Source of the DNA: Acidobacteriota bacterium
GTDB taxonomy: Bacteria > Acidobacteriota > Terriglobia > UBA7540
Direction of reading: 5' to 3'
Length of the DNA stretch: 44,279 nt
Assembly (NCBI GenBank): GCA_021828245.1
Contig: JAKASC010000001.1
Span: 1 to 44,279, forward strand
The position numbers and the translations under genes are program-made. Every line of letters begins with the position of its first letter. Positions within the stretch are counted from its first letter, which is position 1. Shown here piece after piece: positions 23,503-34,873 of the stretch. The notes below the pieces were generated by a model. The model was not told where the DNA came from, ran no database searches, and was given only the letters and a program-made list of their open reading frames with translations.

Positions 23503-24686
23503 ATACCCTCAAAGCGATTTTGGCAGGAACCCTCTACACGCCGCTGGCGGAAATCCGCGACGCGGTGGTGCTCATCGAAGAGCACCGCATCGTCAAAGTG
23601 GGGACACGGCAGGAGGTCAAAATTCCGAAAGAAGCCGTGGTGATGGACGATAGCGACCGCATCGTAGCGCCGGGAATGATGGACCTGCACATCCACGGGG
23701 CGGCGGGCCACGACCTGATGGAAGCGAGCGCCGAAGCGGTGACGGCCGTGGGTCGCTTTCTGGCGCGACACGGAACCACCGCGTTTGTTCCCACGACCAT
23801 TACCGCCCCCCCGCCGACCATCCGCGAGGCGGCGCGGGGTCTGGGCGAGGTGATCCGGAACTGGGATGGGCGGCACGGGTTGGGCGAGTCGTCACCGTCG
23901 GCCGAACCGCTGGGGCTGCACTTTGAAGGCCCTTTTCTCAACACGCTTCGCCGCGGCGCGCAGACAGCCTCGCAGATTCAGCCGCCGTCCTTGGCCATGA
24001 TGCAGCAGTTCCTGGAGGCTTCCGCCGGAACCACGCGGATTGTCACCTTGGCGCCGGAGATGGAGGGCGCGCTCGAGATGATTGCGTTGCTGCGACGGAA
24101 CAACGTCCGCGTGGCCATCGGTCACTCCAACGCCACCTGGGCCGAGGCGCAAAAAGCCCTCGAGGCCGGAGCCACTCACGCGACCCACGTTTACAATGCC
24201 ATGCGCCCGTTCTCGCACCGCGATCCGGGCATCGTGGGGGCCGTCTTGACCGAAGACCGGCTCAAAGGCGAACTGATTTGCGACGGCTTTCACGTGGATC
24301 CGGTGGCCGTTCGCCTGCTGCTGCGGGCGAAGGGCGTGGAGGGGACCCTTCTGGTGACCGATAGCTTGAGCGGGGCGGGGATGCCCGACGGAGAGTATCG
24401 CGTGGGCGAAATGAGGGTGCGGCTGGAAAACAGCGTTTTGCGAACCATGGAAGGAACGCTCGCGGGCAGCACGTTGACGCTCGATTTGGCAGTGAGAAAT
24501 CTGATGCGCTTTACGGGTCTCCCCTTCCAGCAGTGCGTGATGACGGCAACCCTCAATCCTGCCCGACTGCTGGGCGTGGAACAACGGAAGGGCGTGATCG
24601 CCCCGGGCGCCGACGCGGACTTGGTGGTATTTGACAAAAACTATTTCGTGGCTCAGACCTACGTCCGAGGGCGGGCCGTTTTGTAA
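23499..24686 (+). CDS. nagA: N-acetylglucosamine-6-phosphate deacetylase
   Basis: Motifs DLHIHGAAGHD, LHFEGPFLN, IGHSNATWAEA and ATHVYNAM. The start overlaps the murQ stop (ATGA). Confidence 0.9.
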   Translation: MNTLKAILAGTLYTPLAEIRDAVVLIEEHRIVKVGTRQEVKIPKEAVVMDDSDRIVAPGMMDLHIHGAAGHDLMEASAEAVTAVGRFLARHGTTAFVPTTITAPPPTIREAARGLGEVIRNWDGRHGLGESSPSAEPLGLHFEGPFLNTLRRGAQTASQIQPPSLAMMQQFLEASAGTTRIVTLAPEMEGALEMIALLRRNNVRVAIGHSNATWAEAQKALEAGATHATHVYNAMRPFSHRDPGIVGAVLTEDRLKGELICDGFHVDPVAVRLLLRAKGVEGTLLVTDSLSGAGMPDGEYRVGEMRVRLENSVLRTMEGTLAGSTLTLDLAVRNLMRFTGLPFQQCVMTATLNPARLLGVEQRKGVIAPGADADLVVFDKNYFVAQTYVRGRAVL

Positions 24687-24696
24687 CCGAAAGGCG

Positions 24697-25989
24697 ATGG
24701 ATAAGTTTCACATTGTGGGCGGGAAAACGTTGGAGGGTCGCGTCGCCATCAGCGGCGCCAAGAACGCGGCGCTGCCGGCGATGGCGGCGGCTTTGCTGAC
24801 CTCCGAGCCGGTCGAGTTGGCCAACGTGCCCCGCGTACGCGACATTGGAACGATGCGCAGCCTGCTGGATGAACTGGGCGTGGACTCTTCCATCGCCCAC
24901 GAAGAGTATGGCATTCGGCTGCGGATTGAAGCGCGGCAACTGCTGAGCCCGCTCGCGCCGTACGAGTTGGTGAAACAGATGCGCGCCTCGGTATTGGTTT
25001 TGGGGCCGCTGCTCGCCCGGTTCGGGCGCGCTCAGGTTTCTCTGCCGGGCGGATGCGCCATTGGCGCCCGGCCCATCAATTTGCACATTCAGGGACTCGA
25101 AAGACTGGGCGCGCAAATCCGCATCGAGCATGGCTATGTGAAGGCCACAACGGACGGCCTGAAGGGAGCGCTGTTTGCCTTCGATACGGTCTCAGTGACC
25201 GGCACGGAAAACCTGATGATGGCCGCCACCTTGGCGGAGGGCGAAACCGTGCTGGAAAATGCCGCTCGGGAACCCGAAGTGACGGACTTGGCCCGCCTGC
25301 TCAATAAGATGGGAGCCTCGGTGGAGGGAGCGGGGACGGAGACCCTTCGCATCCGCGGCGTCGCAAAGTTGCACGGCGCCAGCCACACTATTATTCCCGA
25401 CCGCATCGAAGCGGCCACCTTCCTGGTGGCGGCGGCGATGACGCACGGCTGCATCACGCTTGAGCGGGTTGAACCCGGCCACTTAACGGCGGTCGTGGCC
25501 AAGCTCGCGGAAGCGGGGGTGAACGTCACCGCCGACTCTTCGGGGCAGGGGAAATCAGAGCAGGCTTCCCTGCAGGTCACCGGCCCCACCACGCTCCGCG
25601 CCGCGGACGTGACCACGGGGGAATATCCCGGTTTCCCGACGGATGTGCAGGCTCAATACATGGCGCTGATGACCCAGGCGGAGGGTTCTTCGGTCATTAC
25701 GGAAACAATATTTGAAAACCGGTTTCTCCACGCCCTGGAGCTGATGCGGATGGGAGCGGACATTCGGGTGGAGGGCCGCCACGCGCATGTGCGCGGAAGG
25801 ACTCCTCTCAGCGGAGCCAAGGTGCAGGCTTCCGATCTGCGCGCCAGCGCCTCGCTGGTGCTGGCCGGTCTGGCGGCGGAAGGGGAAACGCTGGTGGATC
25901 GCGTGTACCACATTGACCGCGGATATGAGCGCATTGAAGAAAAATTGACTCGCCTCGGCGCCTCCATCCGCCGGATTTCCGAAGCCTAA
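24697..25989 (+). CDS. murA: UDP-N-acetylglucosamine 1-carboxyvinyltransferase
   Basis: [42 protein letters not shown] (active-site Cys loop), and a conserved C-terminus [14 protein letters not shown]. The ATG at 24697 is chosen for homology to canonical N-termini. Confidence 0.95.
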   Translation: MDKFHIVGGKTLEGRVAISGAKNAALPAMAAALLTSEPVELANVPRVRDIGTMRSLLDELGVDSSIAHEEYGIRLRIEARQLLSPLAPYELVKQMRASVLVLGPLLARFGRAQVSLPGGCAIGARPINLHIQGLERLGAQIRIEHGYVKATTDGLKGALFAFDTVSVTGTENLMMAATLAEGETVLENAAREPEVTDLARLLNKMGASVEGAGTETLRIRGVAKLHGASHTIIPDRIEAATFLVAAAMTHGCITLERVEPGHLTAVVAKLAEAGVNVTADSSGQGKSEQASLQVTGPTTLRAADVTTGEYPGFPTDVQAQYMALMTQAEGSSVITETIFENRFLHALELMRMGADIRVEGRHAHVRGRTPLSGAKVQASDLRASASLVLAGLAAEGETLVDRVYHIDRGYERIEEKLTRLGASIRRISEA

Positions 25990-26119
25990 GCCCGGCCTTG
26001 CCGATTCGCCGTAGCGCCCTTCCCCCGTGAGAAGTTACAATGAGAAGGTAACTTCGATGCCGGACCAAGCGCCCGAGATTTTCTTATATCTAGACTATTT
26101 TTTATGAGGCTGACCCAGC

Positions 26120-28543
26120 ATGGATTTTCAAATCAAACCCACGTCGGAATTCAAAGAGCTTTCTCTCCAAGAAACCTTGGCCTTGCTTCATTCGAGCGAA
26201 GACGGGCTTTCCAGTTCCAGCGTCAAGGAGCGGCTGGCATTTTTTGGCAGAAATGAAATCAGCGAGGAGAAACGAAACCCGGTTCTGGACTTCCTGGGAC
26301 GTTACTGGGGACCGATGCCATGGCTTCTCGAGTTGGCCATGGTGCTTTCCGTGTTGCTGGGCCGAACGCTCGAAGCCGTCATCATCTTTTTCCTGTTGAC
26401 CATCAACGCGATCATCGGTTTTCTTCACGCCCGCGGGTCCCAGAAGGCGGTGGAGCTGCTCAAAAAGCGGCTTGCCATCCAGGCCAAAGTTCGCCGGGAC
26501 GGCGAATGGAAAACCGAAGAGGCCGGCGGCATCGTGCCGGGCGATCTTCTTATCGTGAAGCTCGGCGACATTGTTCCGGCGGACGTGAAGATGCTGAGGG
26601 GCGAGCTGTCGGTGGATGAATCGGCGCTGACCGGCGAATCGCTTCCGGTGGGGAAACAACCTTCCGACATTGTTTACTCGGGGGCGGTCGTTCGGCGGGG
26701 AGAGGCCCAATGCGTCGCCATCAACACCGGCGCCAACACTTACTTCGGCAAGACGGCGGAGTTGGTGAAAATTGCCAAGCCCAAGTCGCACCAGGAAGAG
26801 ATCATGATGGCGATTGTGAGGTACATGATGTACCTCGGCGTGGGGGCGTCCTTGGTGGTGGCCCTGGACGCCTTCACGATGCACATCCGGCTGCTGCTCA
26901 TCGTGACCTTCATCGTGGTGTTCCTGATGGCCGCCGTGCCGGTGGCTTTGCCGGCGGTCATGACCATTGTTCAAGCCGCCACCGGCATGACGCTGGCGAA
27001 AGAAGGGGTTTTGGTGACGCGGCTGGACTCGATTGAAGACGCCGCCTCGATTAGCGTCCTTTGCCTCGATAAAACGGGGACGATTACTCAGAACCAACTC
27101 GCGGTGGCCGACAGCATTCCCTTCTCCGGCTTCACCTCCGAAGACGTCATCCGCGCCGCGGTGCTGGCCTCGCGCGCCGAAGGGATGGACCTTATTGACT
27201 TGGCCATCATTAACTGCGCCAGAGAGCGGGGCATCCATCTAAATTCCCATCGCCAGATTTCTTATACGCCCTTCAACCCCGCCATTAAGCGCACCGAAGC
27301 CGTGGTCGAGAGCGAGGGCCGCTCCTATCGCATCGTCAAGGGCGCGGCGCCGGTTGTCTTGGCGATGTGTCGAGGCGTGGACCGCGCCACCTTGGCCGAG
27401 GTGGATGAGAAAATCGCCGCCCTGTCGAAAAAAGGTTATCGGACGCTCGCCGTGGCGCAGTCGGTGGACGGCGACCCCGAAAACCTGAAACTGACGGGTC
27501 TCATTCCGCTGGCGGACCCGCCGCGCCCCGACTCCAAAAAGATGATTGAGGAGATTCGAGAGCTGGGCGTCAAGCCCATTATGCTGACCGGCGACGCTTT
27601 GCCCATTGCGCGGGAGATTGCCGGGCAAGTGGGCATCGGAACGCACATCATTCGCATGGCCGATATGGAGGGGGTGCCGGAAGACCTCCAAGCCGAAAAG
27701 GTGGCGTCCAGCGACGGGATGGCGGAAATTTATCCGGAGGACAAATACCGCATTGTCAAGCTGCTCCAATCAAAAGGGTTCATGGTGGGCATGACCGGCG
27801 ACGGGGTCAACGATGCGCCCGCCTTAAAGCAAGCCGAAATGGGCATCGCCGTCAGCAACTCGACGGACGTCGCCAAAGCGTCGGCCAGCGTGGTGCTCAC
27901 GCAGCCGGGCTTGGGCGTTATTGTGGATGCCGTGAAGCGAAGCCGCGAGACCTACCAGCGCATGTTGACGTGGGTCCTCAATAAGGTGACCAAGGTGGTT
28001 CAAGTAGTCGGGGTCCTGACGCTGGGATTTTTCCTGTTGCACGAGATGGTGATTTCGATGCTCGACATGGCGCTCATCCTGCTCGCCAACGATTTTGTGA
28101 CCATGTCGCTGGCCACGGACAACGTGACGCACACGGTTTCGCCCAACAACTGGAACGTGAAAAATATCACCTTCGCTTCGCTCGTCATCGGCGCGCTGGC
28201 GGTCGTTGAAGGGATGGTCGTGGTGCTCTGGGGCGCCCACCACTTGGGAATGGCTTTGCCGCAGCTCCAAACCTTCGTCATGCTAATGCTGGTGTTTACC
28301 AGCCAATTCAATGTTTTGATTCTCCGCGAGCGCCGATTTTTTTGGAACTCGCTCCCCGGCAAAGCGCTCCTCACCTCCAGCACGACCGCCATCGTCGCTT
28401 TTGCATTTCTGGGAGTGTACGGGGTGATTATCCCGGCCTTGCGGCTGAATGACGTTCTGGCCGTGTTGGCCTTTACGGCTGTCTTTACGGTTTTGATGGA
28501 TGTGCCGAAGCGGTATGCGTTCGAGAAATTCGGCGTGGCCTAA
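26120..28543 (+). CDS. P-type ATPase, P3A (plasma-membrane H+-ATPase)-like
   Basis: Motifs LTGESLPV (TGES), CLDKTGTITQN (DKTGT), MLTGD and MTGDGVNDAPALKQAEMGIAV. The N-terminus GLSSSSVKERLAFFGRNEISEEKRNPVLDFLGRYWGPMPWLLE resembles plant, fungal and archaeal H+-ATPases. Confidence 0.85.
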   Translation: MDFQIKPTSEFKELSLQETLALLHSSEDGLSSSSVKERLAFFGRNEISEEKRNPVLDFLGRYWGPMPWLLELAMVLSVLLGRTLEAVIIFFLLTINAIIGFLHARGSQKAVELLKKRLAIQAKVRRDGEWKTEEAGGIVPGDLLIVKLGDIVPADVKMLRGELSVDESALTGESLPVGKQPSDIVYSGAVVRRGEAQCVAINTGANTYFGKTAELVKIAKPKSHQEEIMMAIVRYMMYLGVGASLVVALDAFTMHIRLLLIVTFIVVFLMAAVPVALPAVMTIVQAATGMTLAKEGVLVTRLDSIEDAASISVLCLDKTGTITQNQLAVADSIPFSGFTSEDVIRAAVLASRAEGMDLIDLAIINCARERGIHLNSHRQISYTPFNPAIKRTEAVVESEGRSYRIVKGAAPVVLAMCRGVDRATLAEVDEKIAALSKKGYRTLAVAQSVDGDPENLKLTGLIPLADPPRPDSKKMIEEIRELGVKPIMLTGDALPIAREIAGQVGIGTHIIRMADMEGVPEDLQAEKVASSDGMAEIYPEDKYRIVKLLQSKGFMVGMTGDGVNDAPALKQAEMGIAVSNSTDVAKASASVVLTQPGLGVIVDAVKRSRETYQRMLTWVLNKVTKVVQVVGVLTLGFFLLHEMVISMLDMALILLANDFVTMSLATDNVTHTVSPNNWNVKNITFASLVIGALAVVEGMVVVLWGAHHLGMALPQLQTFVMLMLVFTSQFNVLILRERRFFWNSLPGKALLTSSTTAIVAFAFLGVYGVIIPALRLNDVLAVLAFTAVFTVLMDVPKRYAFEKFGVA

Positions 28544-28694
28544 GCCAAGGTTGAGGGAACCGGGTCTTGACTTGCACGGGCGATTGACGCCGCGCAACTC
28601 ATCGAGGCCTTAACAGCGGTTGGCGACAATCTTCCTGGGCGTGCAAACCCCGGGCGAGCGCCGAGGCCGATGAAATCGGCCGCGACGCTCCGAC

Positions 28695-29867
28695 TCAGCG
28701 GCTCGCTTCCTCCATCGGCTCGTAAAGCTCTCCGCCTTTTATCGTGACCACGGGCGCCAACTTCTGTTTGCCGAGTCGGCTTTGCCCGTCGGCATCAATG
28801 AAGGTGAATTCGCCTTCCTGAAGTTCCAACACACTGAGGTCGGCTTCCGCACCGGGCTGGAGGGTCCCTACTTTGGCCCCTAAATCAAAGACGGCGGCGG
28901 CATTGACGGTGGCGCGACGAAGAACCTCCGAAAGGCTCATGCCGAGGAGCAAAAACTTGGAGAGCGTGGTCACTAGATCAAAAACCGGACCGTGAACGTT
29001 GGCCGAATAGAGGTCGCTCGAAATTGTGTCGGGCAGGAAATCCTGCGCCAAGCACCTTTCCACGACATCGAAGGAAAAACTGCCTGCACCATGCCCCACG
29101 TCAAAAAGAACCCCGCGACGGCGAGCCTCCAAGACCTCACGGCGCAGCCTGCCCTTCGAGTCTAAAATCCCATGCCGATGGCTGTGATAAATGTGGGTGA
29201 CTACATCCCCCTGCCGCATCAGAGGGAGGAGCTTCGAGAGGGGAGTATAAGAATTGCCGATGTGAACCATGAGCGGCAAGTTGCAGCGGTCGCGGACGGA
29301 TTGGGCGCGGAGCATCCCTTCGTAATCATGCGAAGCGGTGTATTGCCGGGAAAAGCGGATTTTGAAACCGACAATCGTCCCTCGATTTTCCTCGGCGACG
29401 CGCACCGCCATTTCCGGGACGCAGTAGCGCAAATCCTCCAGTTCGCCCAGGCGAGGCGTGCTCCCGGCCACCATGCCGATGGCGACAACGTGGAGCAAGG
29501 CACGAATGCGGGTGCGGGCGCGGTCTATGACAAACCGGCGAAAAGCGGGAAAGGTCAGTGCTCCCGAGGTGCCCGCATCAATGACGGTCGTGACGCCTCG
29601 ATGGAGGCAGTAGGGGTCGGGGTCAATGCCGTAGGGTCCTACGTCGGGAAAGACGTGCGCGTGAAGATCAATCAGCCCCGGAACGACAATCTTGCCGCGA
29701 GCCTCGAGCACCCTCCGCGCCGCCGAGCGAGGAAGATTTTCGGCAAGCCGGGCGACTTTGCCTTCACGAAGGGCCACGTCGCGGACGCCATCAAGATTCT
29801 GGGCAGGGTCAATAACCCTGCCGCCTTGGATGATCAGATCGTAGCGTTCCGGCCCGCTATTTTCCAT
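28695..29867 (-). CDS. amidohydrolase-superfamily metallo-dependent hydrolase (deacetylase/dihydroorotase-like)
   Basis: GLIDLHAHVF (HxH metal site) after an N-terminal beta-sandwich (DLIIQGGRVIDP), later H and D ligands (VHIGNS, FDVGHG, SSDLYS), and a C-terminal ADLSVLEL...VTIKGG. Confidence 0.75.
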   Translation of the reverse strand: MENSGPERYDLIIQGGRVIDPAQNLDGVRDVALREGKVARLAENLPRSAARRVLEARGKIVVPGLIDLHAHVFPDVGPYGIDPDPYCLHRGVTTVIDAGTSGALTFPAFRRFVIDRARTRIRALLHVVAIGMVAGSTPRLGELEDLRYCVPEMAVRVAEENRGTIVGFKIRFSRQYTASHDYEGMLRAQSVRDRCNLPLMVHIGNSYTPLSKLLPLMRQGDVVTHIYHSHRHGILDSKGRLRREVLEARRRGVLFDVGHGAGSFSFDVVERCLAQDFLPDTISSDLYSANVHGPVFDLVTTLSKFLLLGMSLSEVLRRATVNAAAVFDLGAKVGTLQPGAEADLSVLELQEGEFTFIDADGQSRLGKQKLAPVVTIKGGELYEPMEEASR

Positions 29868-30092
29868 GCCAGGGAGCTGCGCCGCGGCAGCGACCCTTAA
29901 GCGTTTCCCATGTCATTGAGGGAAATCGTCAACCGCGAAATTGGCTGAGCTTGCCTGCCATCGAGCATGGGCGGCTGTGGCGCGCCAAACACTCCTTCAC
30001 CATGTCCGGTGTGGCACGGGCGTCCCGCCCGTGCAGGAGCACGGCCTAGATGGCCATGCCACACGCCCACCGCTGGAGTGGGCTATCCGCCG

Positions 30093-30866
30093 TCAGGCCC
30101 CGCCCGTCTCCCGCGCCGGCTCACGGTGAAGGCACGCTGCCCGGATGAACTCGCGGTTCATTCGCGCAATGTTCTCGAGCTTGATCTCCTTCGGACAAAC
30201 CGCCTCGCATTCACCGTGATTGGTACACGCCCCGAAAAGTTCGGCCTGCATTTGGGCAACCATGTTGAGGGCGCGGCGCTCGCGTTCGGCCTGTGCTTGA
30301 GGGAGCAAGGCCAGGTGGGAAATCTTGGCGGCAGTGAAGAGGGAAGCGGAGGCGTTTGGACAAGCGGCGACGCAGGCACCACATCCGATGCACTGCGCCG
30401 CATCCATCGCCAAGTCGGCCTTCGTCTTTTCGACCGGGAGAGAGTTGGCCTCGGGCGCGCCGCCCGTGTTGACGGAAACATATCCGCCCGCCGCGATAAT
30501 CCGGTCAAAGGCGCTGCGGTCCACGATGAGGTCTTTGAGCACAGGGAACGCTTGGGCGCGCCACGGCTCGAGCCACAATTCTTGGCCATCCTTAAAGTGC
30601 CGCATGTGCAACTGGCAGACCGTGGTGCCGCGCTGAGGGCCGTGCGCAATGCCGTTAATCATAAATCCGCAGGAGCCGCAGATGCCTTCGCGGCAGTCGT
30701 GATCGAAAGCCACCGGGTCTTCGTTGCGGGAGATCAAATCTTCGTTCAAAACGTCCAGCATCTCTAAAAACGACATGTGCTCGTTGACGTTCTGAACCTC
30801 GTAGCGAACCATTTTGCCCGGGCTTTGCGGGTCTTTTTGCCGCCAGATGTGAAGGATGAGTTTCAT
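30093..30866 (-). CDS. sdhB: succinate dehydrogenase/fumarate reductase iron-sulfur subunit
   Basis: Three Cys clusters: [22 protein letters not shown] and [12 protein letters not shown]. Confidence 0.9.
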   Translation of the reverse strand: MKLILHIWRQKDPQSPGKMVRYEVQNVNEHMSFLEMLDVLNEDLISRNEDPVAFDHDCREGICGSCGFMINGIAHGPQRGTTVCQLHMRHFKDGQELWLEPWRAQAFPVLKDLIVDRSAFDRIIAAGGYVSVNTGGAPEANSLPVEKTKADLAMDAAQCIGCGACVAACPNASASLFTAAKISHLALLPQAQAERERRALNMVAQMQAELFGACTNHGECEAVCPKEIKLENIARMNREFIRAACLHREPARETGGA

Positions 30867-30914
30867 GAGGTTGCTTTTCTTGCCATATCAGGAAACGAAC
30901 GTGTTCTCCCCGAA

Positions 30915-32831
<1,917 letters not shown>

Positions 32832-32906
32832 GGATCAATCCTTCAATCGCTAACCGTGGCCGCGTCGCCGAATTTGAGCCGCCGAGCCTGACTTGCGGCG
32901 CCTGCG

Positions 32907-33608
32907 TCATCTGACCAAACCGCTCACCACCGCCAGCGGTATGGAACAAAAGCCAATTCCAATCGCGACGGCAATCACCTTGGAAGCCATCTTGAGCACG
33001 GGCGTGTAGCGCGGGTGGGCGATGCCGACGCTCTGGCACATGCTCCACAGGCCGTGATACAGGTGAAAGGCCAGGCAGAGGTTGGCGATGATATAGAAGG
33101 CCGCGACCGGCGGGCGCGTGAAGCTTGCCACGATATTGCGATGCACCTGCCCAAACTCGAAGCCGGGGTTGAAGGCGCCGAAGGTCAAGTCCAGCAGATG
33201 ATAGATGACGTACAGCAGAATGATGGGCCCGCTCCACACCATGGTGCGGGAAGCGTAGCTGGAGGCAACCGGCGTCCACCGAACATAGCCCTGCTTCCGG
33301 GCTTCCAATTTGTTTAAAACAGAAAGCTGCCAGGCCGCGACGATGTGCAGGATGACCGCGACCAGCAAGATAATCCGTGCGCTCCAGAGGAGTTCCGGAA
33401 TTGCGTGCAGTTGGGCCGCGTACACGTCGATCGGCCATTGGCCGTTCGAGTCCTTGGGCAGATAGATCAGGAGGTTCCCGATGAGGTGCATCACGATGAA
33501 ACCGAACAGTAGGAACCCCGTCACCGCCATCACCACTTTCTTGCCGACGGCGGAGCGATAGAAGGTGATCGTTCGTTCAGCTTCCTGGTTGATAGCGACC
33601 GTGGCCAA
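32907..33608 (-). CDS. sdhC: succinate dehydrogenase cytochrome b subunit (single b558-type anchor, type B enzyme)
   Basis: Five predicted TM helices with conserved His residues. It is the first gene of the sdhCAB order and there is no sdhD. Confidence 0.8.
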   Translation of the reverse strand: MATVAINQEAERTITFYRSAVGKKVVMAVTGFLLFGFIVMHLIGNLLIYLPKDSNGQWPIDVYAAQLHAIPELLWSARIILLVAVILHIVAAWQLSVLNKLEARKQGYVRWTPVASSYASRTMVWSGPIILLYVIYHLLDLTFGAFNPGFEFGQVHRNIVASFTRPPVAAFYIIANLCLAFHLYHGLWSMCQSVGIAHPRYTPVLKMASKVIAVAIGIGFCSIPLAVVSGLVR

Positions 33609-33950
33609 TGTGCGTTTGACTCCCGTGGGGTGAAGCTCGCTTAACCCTTTCCGATGGGATGGTTCGGCAACCCGGAACGGCTAAGCCGCTTGGCGAATGC
33701 TTTATGTTAACCTAGCGCGTGCCCGCCGCGCAACCGTGGAAATGATGCCATGAACTGGATCGCGTCCTTAGCCGTCGAAAGCCGACGTCGCTTTTTAGCG
33801 GCGGAGCGATGGGGCGAGTTGCTCAAGCCGCGCAATGGTGTTCCAACTGTCGAGGGCAGGACGTTGACGTCCGCCGTCGCGCGCTGCCGAGCGGGGTTCG
33901 AGAGAAGAGGCTCGGACGCTATGGCGCGAGGGTCGGCGGCGCGGTTTTCT

Positions 33951-34823
33951 CTACCAGCCGCGAAGATAGAGCGCCTGAACCACGACGGCGGCAACCAGAC
34001 AATAGATGCCGAACAGATACCAGCGTCCTTGCTCGAGCCAACGCGAAAGCCATCTCAGCGCCAACAGGCCGGCCACAAACGCGCAAGCCATGCCCACCAC
34101 GCTGGGCGTGAGCGCGGCGGCCCAGGGCACGTTCACGCCTGCGCGATGGGCGGCGCGCAGCAGACGATAAAGTTCGCGCGCAATGGCCAGGGGCGTGATG
34201 GCCACCGCCATGGCAAAGCTGAACGACTCAATCTCCATGCGGTCGCCGTCATTCAAAAGCCCCGCGGAAATCGTCGAGCCGGAGCGCGAAAAACCGCGAA
34301 ACGGGATGGCGAAGCCCTGCGCGATGCCCATGACGAGGGTGTCGAGCCCGCTCACGCTGCGCCGCGCTCCATTCGGGGCAACGCGCGCGCGCGCTTCCCG
34401 CCATCCGGCGTAGAGAATCAACAGGCCGCCCGCCGCGAGCGCGGGAGCAATCCAATTGAGTTTGTGAAACAGCGCTTCAATGGCCACGGGGTGTCCGTTG
34501 CGCCCCAGAATGCGCTCGACCACGAAAATCACCGGCAAGGCCACGATGCCGCTCACAAGCGACGCAACAAAAATCAATTGGACAAAGCGCCAGAAAGCCT
34601 GCCAAGTGGAAAAAAAAGTTTCGACCCAGCGCCGCCAAAAATAGACGATGACGGCCAACATGGTGCCCGTGTGCAGCATAACCAGCAGCAGCGCATTCGC
34701 CGGCGTGGACATGTTCTGGCGGAAGAGTTCCGCAACGACAATAACGTGCGCGGAGCTCGAAACCGGCAACAGTTCGGTCAGGCCCTGAACGATGGCAAGA
34801 ACAATGGCTTGATAGATGGGCAT
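33951..34823 (-). CDS. uppP: undecaprenyl-diphosphate phosphatase
   Basis: N-terminal IVQGLTELLPVSSSAH, RFSRSGSTISAGLL and eight TM segments. Confidence 0.9.
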   Translation of the reverse strand: MPIYQAIVLAIVQGLTELLPVSSSAHVIVVAELFRQNMSTPANALLLVMLHTGTMLAVIVYFWRRWVETFFSTWQAFWRFVQLIFVASLVSGIVALPVIFVVERILGRNGHPVAIEALFHKLNWIAPALAAGGLLILYAGWREARARVAPNGARRSVSGLDTLVMGIAQGFAIPFRGFSRSGSTISAGLLNDGDRMEIESFSFAMAVAITPLAIARELYRLLRAAHRAGVNVPWAAALTPSVVGMACAFVAGLLALRWLSRWLEQGRWYLFGIYCLVAAVVVQALYLRGW

Positions 34824-34873
34824 GAAGGTCTCAGGTCGGAAGACTCGGGTTTAGATGATCGCCCTTGGCCGCC

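Noticed and set aside
30010-30040. 9-bp inverted repeat GCACGGGCG-tcc-CGCCCGTGC downstream of sdhB as an intrinsic terminator. Similar hairpins occur at 28663-28679 and 26029-26053.
   Set aside because: The hairpins are real but none is followed by a U-tract on the relevant strand. They may be Rho-dependent or structural elements, so they are not reported as terminators.
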